Made by a program: the position numbers and the translations under genes. From Leucoraja ocellata (lineage: Eukaryota): a stretch of DNA of 64,000 nucleotides. Location of the stretch: assembly GCA_036785375.1 (NCBI GenBank), contig JAWMAR010000635.1, forward strand, positions 558,001-622,000. Reading direction: 5' to 3'. Below, piece after piece: positions 61,301 through 64,000 of this stretch. The notes below the pieces were generated by a model. The model was not told where the DNA came from, ran no database searches, and worked only from the letters and a program-made list of their open reading frames with translations. Within the stretch, counting starts at the first letter, position 1, and the number at the start of each line of letters is the position of its first letter.

Positions 61301-62379
61301 ATTCTACAATTGTGGACAAGGCTAATGCCATCACCTCTGCATCTGACTTTAAATACAACATCAAACTGATGTGCTGTAATGGCAAATAATGATCTTAAAT
61401 GAAGTGAGTGACAGTAAATTTAACTGTGTTTCTAAACGATGTTAATTCGCACAACAAAGCCACTTATTTAGATATCATAATTGGGAAATGTAATTTTATG
61501 CAATTTGTTAGTAGTGCAACTGAGGAAGATCAAGATTTACTACTCTTATTATACGTTAAGTGTTTGACTGCACTTCTGCATACAAATAATATATGCACGT
61601 AATGATTTGAATGCTGATTATATTTTTGTTATTAATATAGGGTGAATCATCCTATTCCATCTTAACGAAGTGCTTCTGCAGTACGGTTCACAGATGAGTG
61701 TAATCCATGTGCCAACTCCCTTTACTTGCACTATAAAAACTGCTTCCTATATTACAACTGCCAAAGTGTAGATCCTCACTTTTATCGGTCTGTAAGGATG
61801 CAATCAGGATAAGGGAGCCAGTTTTAGCAATGTAAATTCGACCAGCTGGTGCACTGATACTGCTCTTTTGTGAGCCAATCTACAGACACACCAAATGCAA
61901 AAGGGCTGAATAAAATTCTGAGTGCTGTACTTCAGGGATGTTTGTTTGAGTCACTAATATTTCTAGTTTTTATTAATAACTGGGTATGTTCACATGAGAC
62001 ACCAAGATAACAGGTAGCCGGGTCTGAATGAGTACCAAATATCTTCCAAAGGAGGTGAGTCTCTCCTTCTTCTTGCGTATGGCGTGCACAGACTAAAGTT
62101 GTAGGACGAGGGCACGTTGGGCGAAGGGCCTGTTTCCACACTGTATCACTCTCAGACTCTATGACAATCAGGCCTATACCAAAGTGAGAAGTATAAAACT
62201 TTGTAAAAAGTAACACGTGGGCAACATACAAAGAGTTTTTAATAAATGGGAGGCCAGCCATTTGCTTGACCATAAGTGAGTACTCTGCTGTCATTTAGAC
62301 CTCCAGGCTTCAATGAAGTACTGATACTGAACTTCCTTCTGCTACAGCAGGGTGGAAATGAAATGTTCCAATATTGGGG

Positions 62380-62947
62380 CAAGCTGAAGCAAGAAGGTAT
62401 TCTGACAGGATGCATCATGGCCTGGCATGCAATTCCAATGTGCAGGAACACAAACGGCTGCAGAGAATGGTGATCTCACCCCAGTCCAGCACGATCACAA
62501 CCTTCACATCCATCAAAGGCATCCACATGAGGTGCTGCCCCAAAAAGGCAGCATCTATCCTCAAAGATCCCCATCATCCAGCCATGCCTTCTTCTCGCTG
62601 CACCCATCAGGCAGGAGGTACAGAAGCCTGAAGTCTTACACCACCTGGTTCAGGAGCAGCTACTTTCCTACAGCTATCAGATTCCTGAACAAACCTGCAC
62701 AGCCCTAACCCTGCTTAGACAATGGAACAAAATGGCCCACCTCTTGTACCACTTTGAACTTTTTTTACTTTTCTAATTATGTTTTTGCAATAATGTCTAG
62801 TTTTGTTTTGCACAGCTTTCTTTCTTTAAGAATTTCCTGAGTAATTTACGTATATATTTTTTTGTGCGTTTGTCCGAATCCATGCACTTGTGATGCTGCT
62901 GCATGTGATAGTGCATGTGCACATGACAATAAACTTGAACTTGAACT
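62380..62947 (+). mobile_element. Old Rex1/Babar 3' remnant
   Basis: ILTGCIMAW; PSGRRYRSLKS.TT.FRSSYFPTAIRFLN; (CTTGAA)n tail. Confidence 0.8.
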
Positions 62948-63116
62948 TACTGGCACGAGTGACTCTATCCCACTTCTACGCCCTCTTCTCTCCAACTGTG
63001 TTGAGGGAGAGTCACAATTCCATGGCTGATTGCCCATGCTAATTTAATGAGGGCAGGGGAACCTTCTTTGACCTGAAATGTAGAACATAGAACAATAGAG
63101 CCCATGAGCAGATTAT

Positions 63117-63241
63117 GTAAGGAAGAACTGCAGATGCTGGTTAGTCTGAAGAAGGGTCTCGACCCGATAACGTCGCCCGTTCCTTCTCTCCAGAGATGTT
63201 GCCTGTCCCACTGAGTTACTCCGGCATTTTATGTCTATCAG
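63117..63241 (+). mobile_element. PLE pseudo-LTR mini-element
   Basis: 11-bp TSD GAGCAGATTAT at 63106-63116 and 63242-63252; CTGAAGAAGGGTCTCGACCCGATAACGTC. Confidence 0.8.
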
Positions 63242-63607
63242 GAGCAGATTATCTGTCTACCATGCCTGTGCCACCCAGTCTAATAGGTTTGCCTGCTCAT
63301 GGTCTGTGGTCCACTATTCCCTACCAATTCATATTCCTGTCTAAATCCATCTTAAGCATTGCTATCTGTTTCTACCACCTCTCCTGACAGCGCCCACCAA
63401 TCTAATTTTAAAAAATCACCCCACTACTTTAAATTACCCCCCACCCCACCCCCTTTCACCTTAAACCTATGCTCCCTAATAATTGCCATTTTCATCCCAG
63501 GAAAGGACTCTAACTATATCAATGCTTCTCATAAATGTATATACTTCCATCAGATGCTACAGAAAAAAACAATCTCTCTTTTGTCCAACCTCTCTTTATA
63601 GCTAATA

Positions 63608-64000
63608 CTAGACTAAGTGGGACCCGTTGGGTCCCAGCATCACACCAGAGGGCTGGTCTCCCAACGCAATATTCCACCTCTCCACCAATTCCAATATTGC
63701 TCGCCGGGGGGGGGGGGGGGGGGGGCTTTCTGTTGCGCTAGTATGGGTGTAGTGGGTCAAAGGTACTGGTTTCCAGAGGGCTAGTATAGACATTGGGGGC
63801 TGAATGGATTCTTGGGCTGGCAGCTCAGTCACTGAGGCCTGGCAGTACAGTCACTCACGCCTGGTACGCTGGCAGTTCACTCAGTCACCCCTCCTCCCTT
63901 CACCCCCCCACTCTGCTTCTTGCCATTCCCCTCCCACCCACCCACGGATTCAGTGCATCTCCCCACAACCTCCCTCCCATTCTCTCTTAGTGGCTCTCCC
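63608..64000 (-). mobile_element. Non-autonomous Helitron 3' end (second family), runs off the window
   Basis: Hairpin GGGACCCAACGGGTCCC followed by ACTTAGT CTAG|T on the minus strand. Confidence 0.8.

Overview
Repeat-dense vertebrate genomic DNA with two assembly gaps. It is most likely from a cartilaginous fish (skate/ray), inferred from HE1-like SINEs and HER1/CR1-like LINEs recognised from memory. No host protein-coding gene could be recognised; the window looks intronic or intergenic. The main feature is a full-length DIRS1-like tyrosine-recombinase retrotransposon on the minus strand (26254-31099). It has gag, RT/RNase H/adenine-methyltransferase (disrupted) and an open YR ORF, plus ITRs and an internal complementary region (ICR) that reproduces the circle junction. 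The rest is nested CR1, Rex1/Babar, RTE and Penelope retroelements, solo LTRs, Harbinger, hAT and pogo MITEs, and non-autonomous Helitrons. The best candidates for under-described biology are: (i) TSD-flanked 90-290 bp non-coding Penelope-derived mini-elements carrying a minimal hammerhead-ribozyme core; (ii) CpG-rich non-coding retroelements with a shared 5' head but 3' tails resembling different LINE clades; (iii) a DNA transposon family with asymmetric TAG...CTA ends and 7-bp TSDs; (iv) a fragment resembling mammalian MER47/Tigger5. All family assignments come from motif recognition, not database searches.
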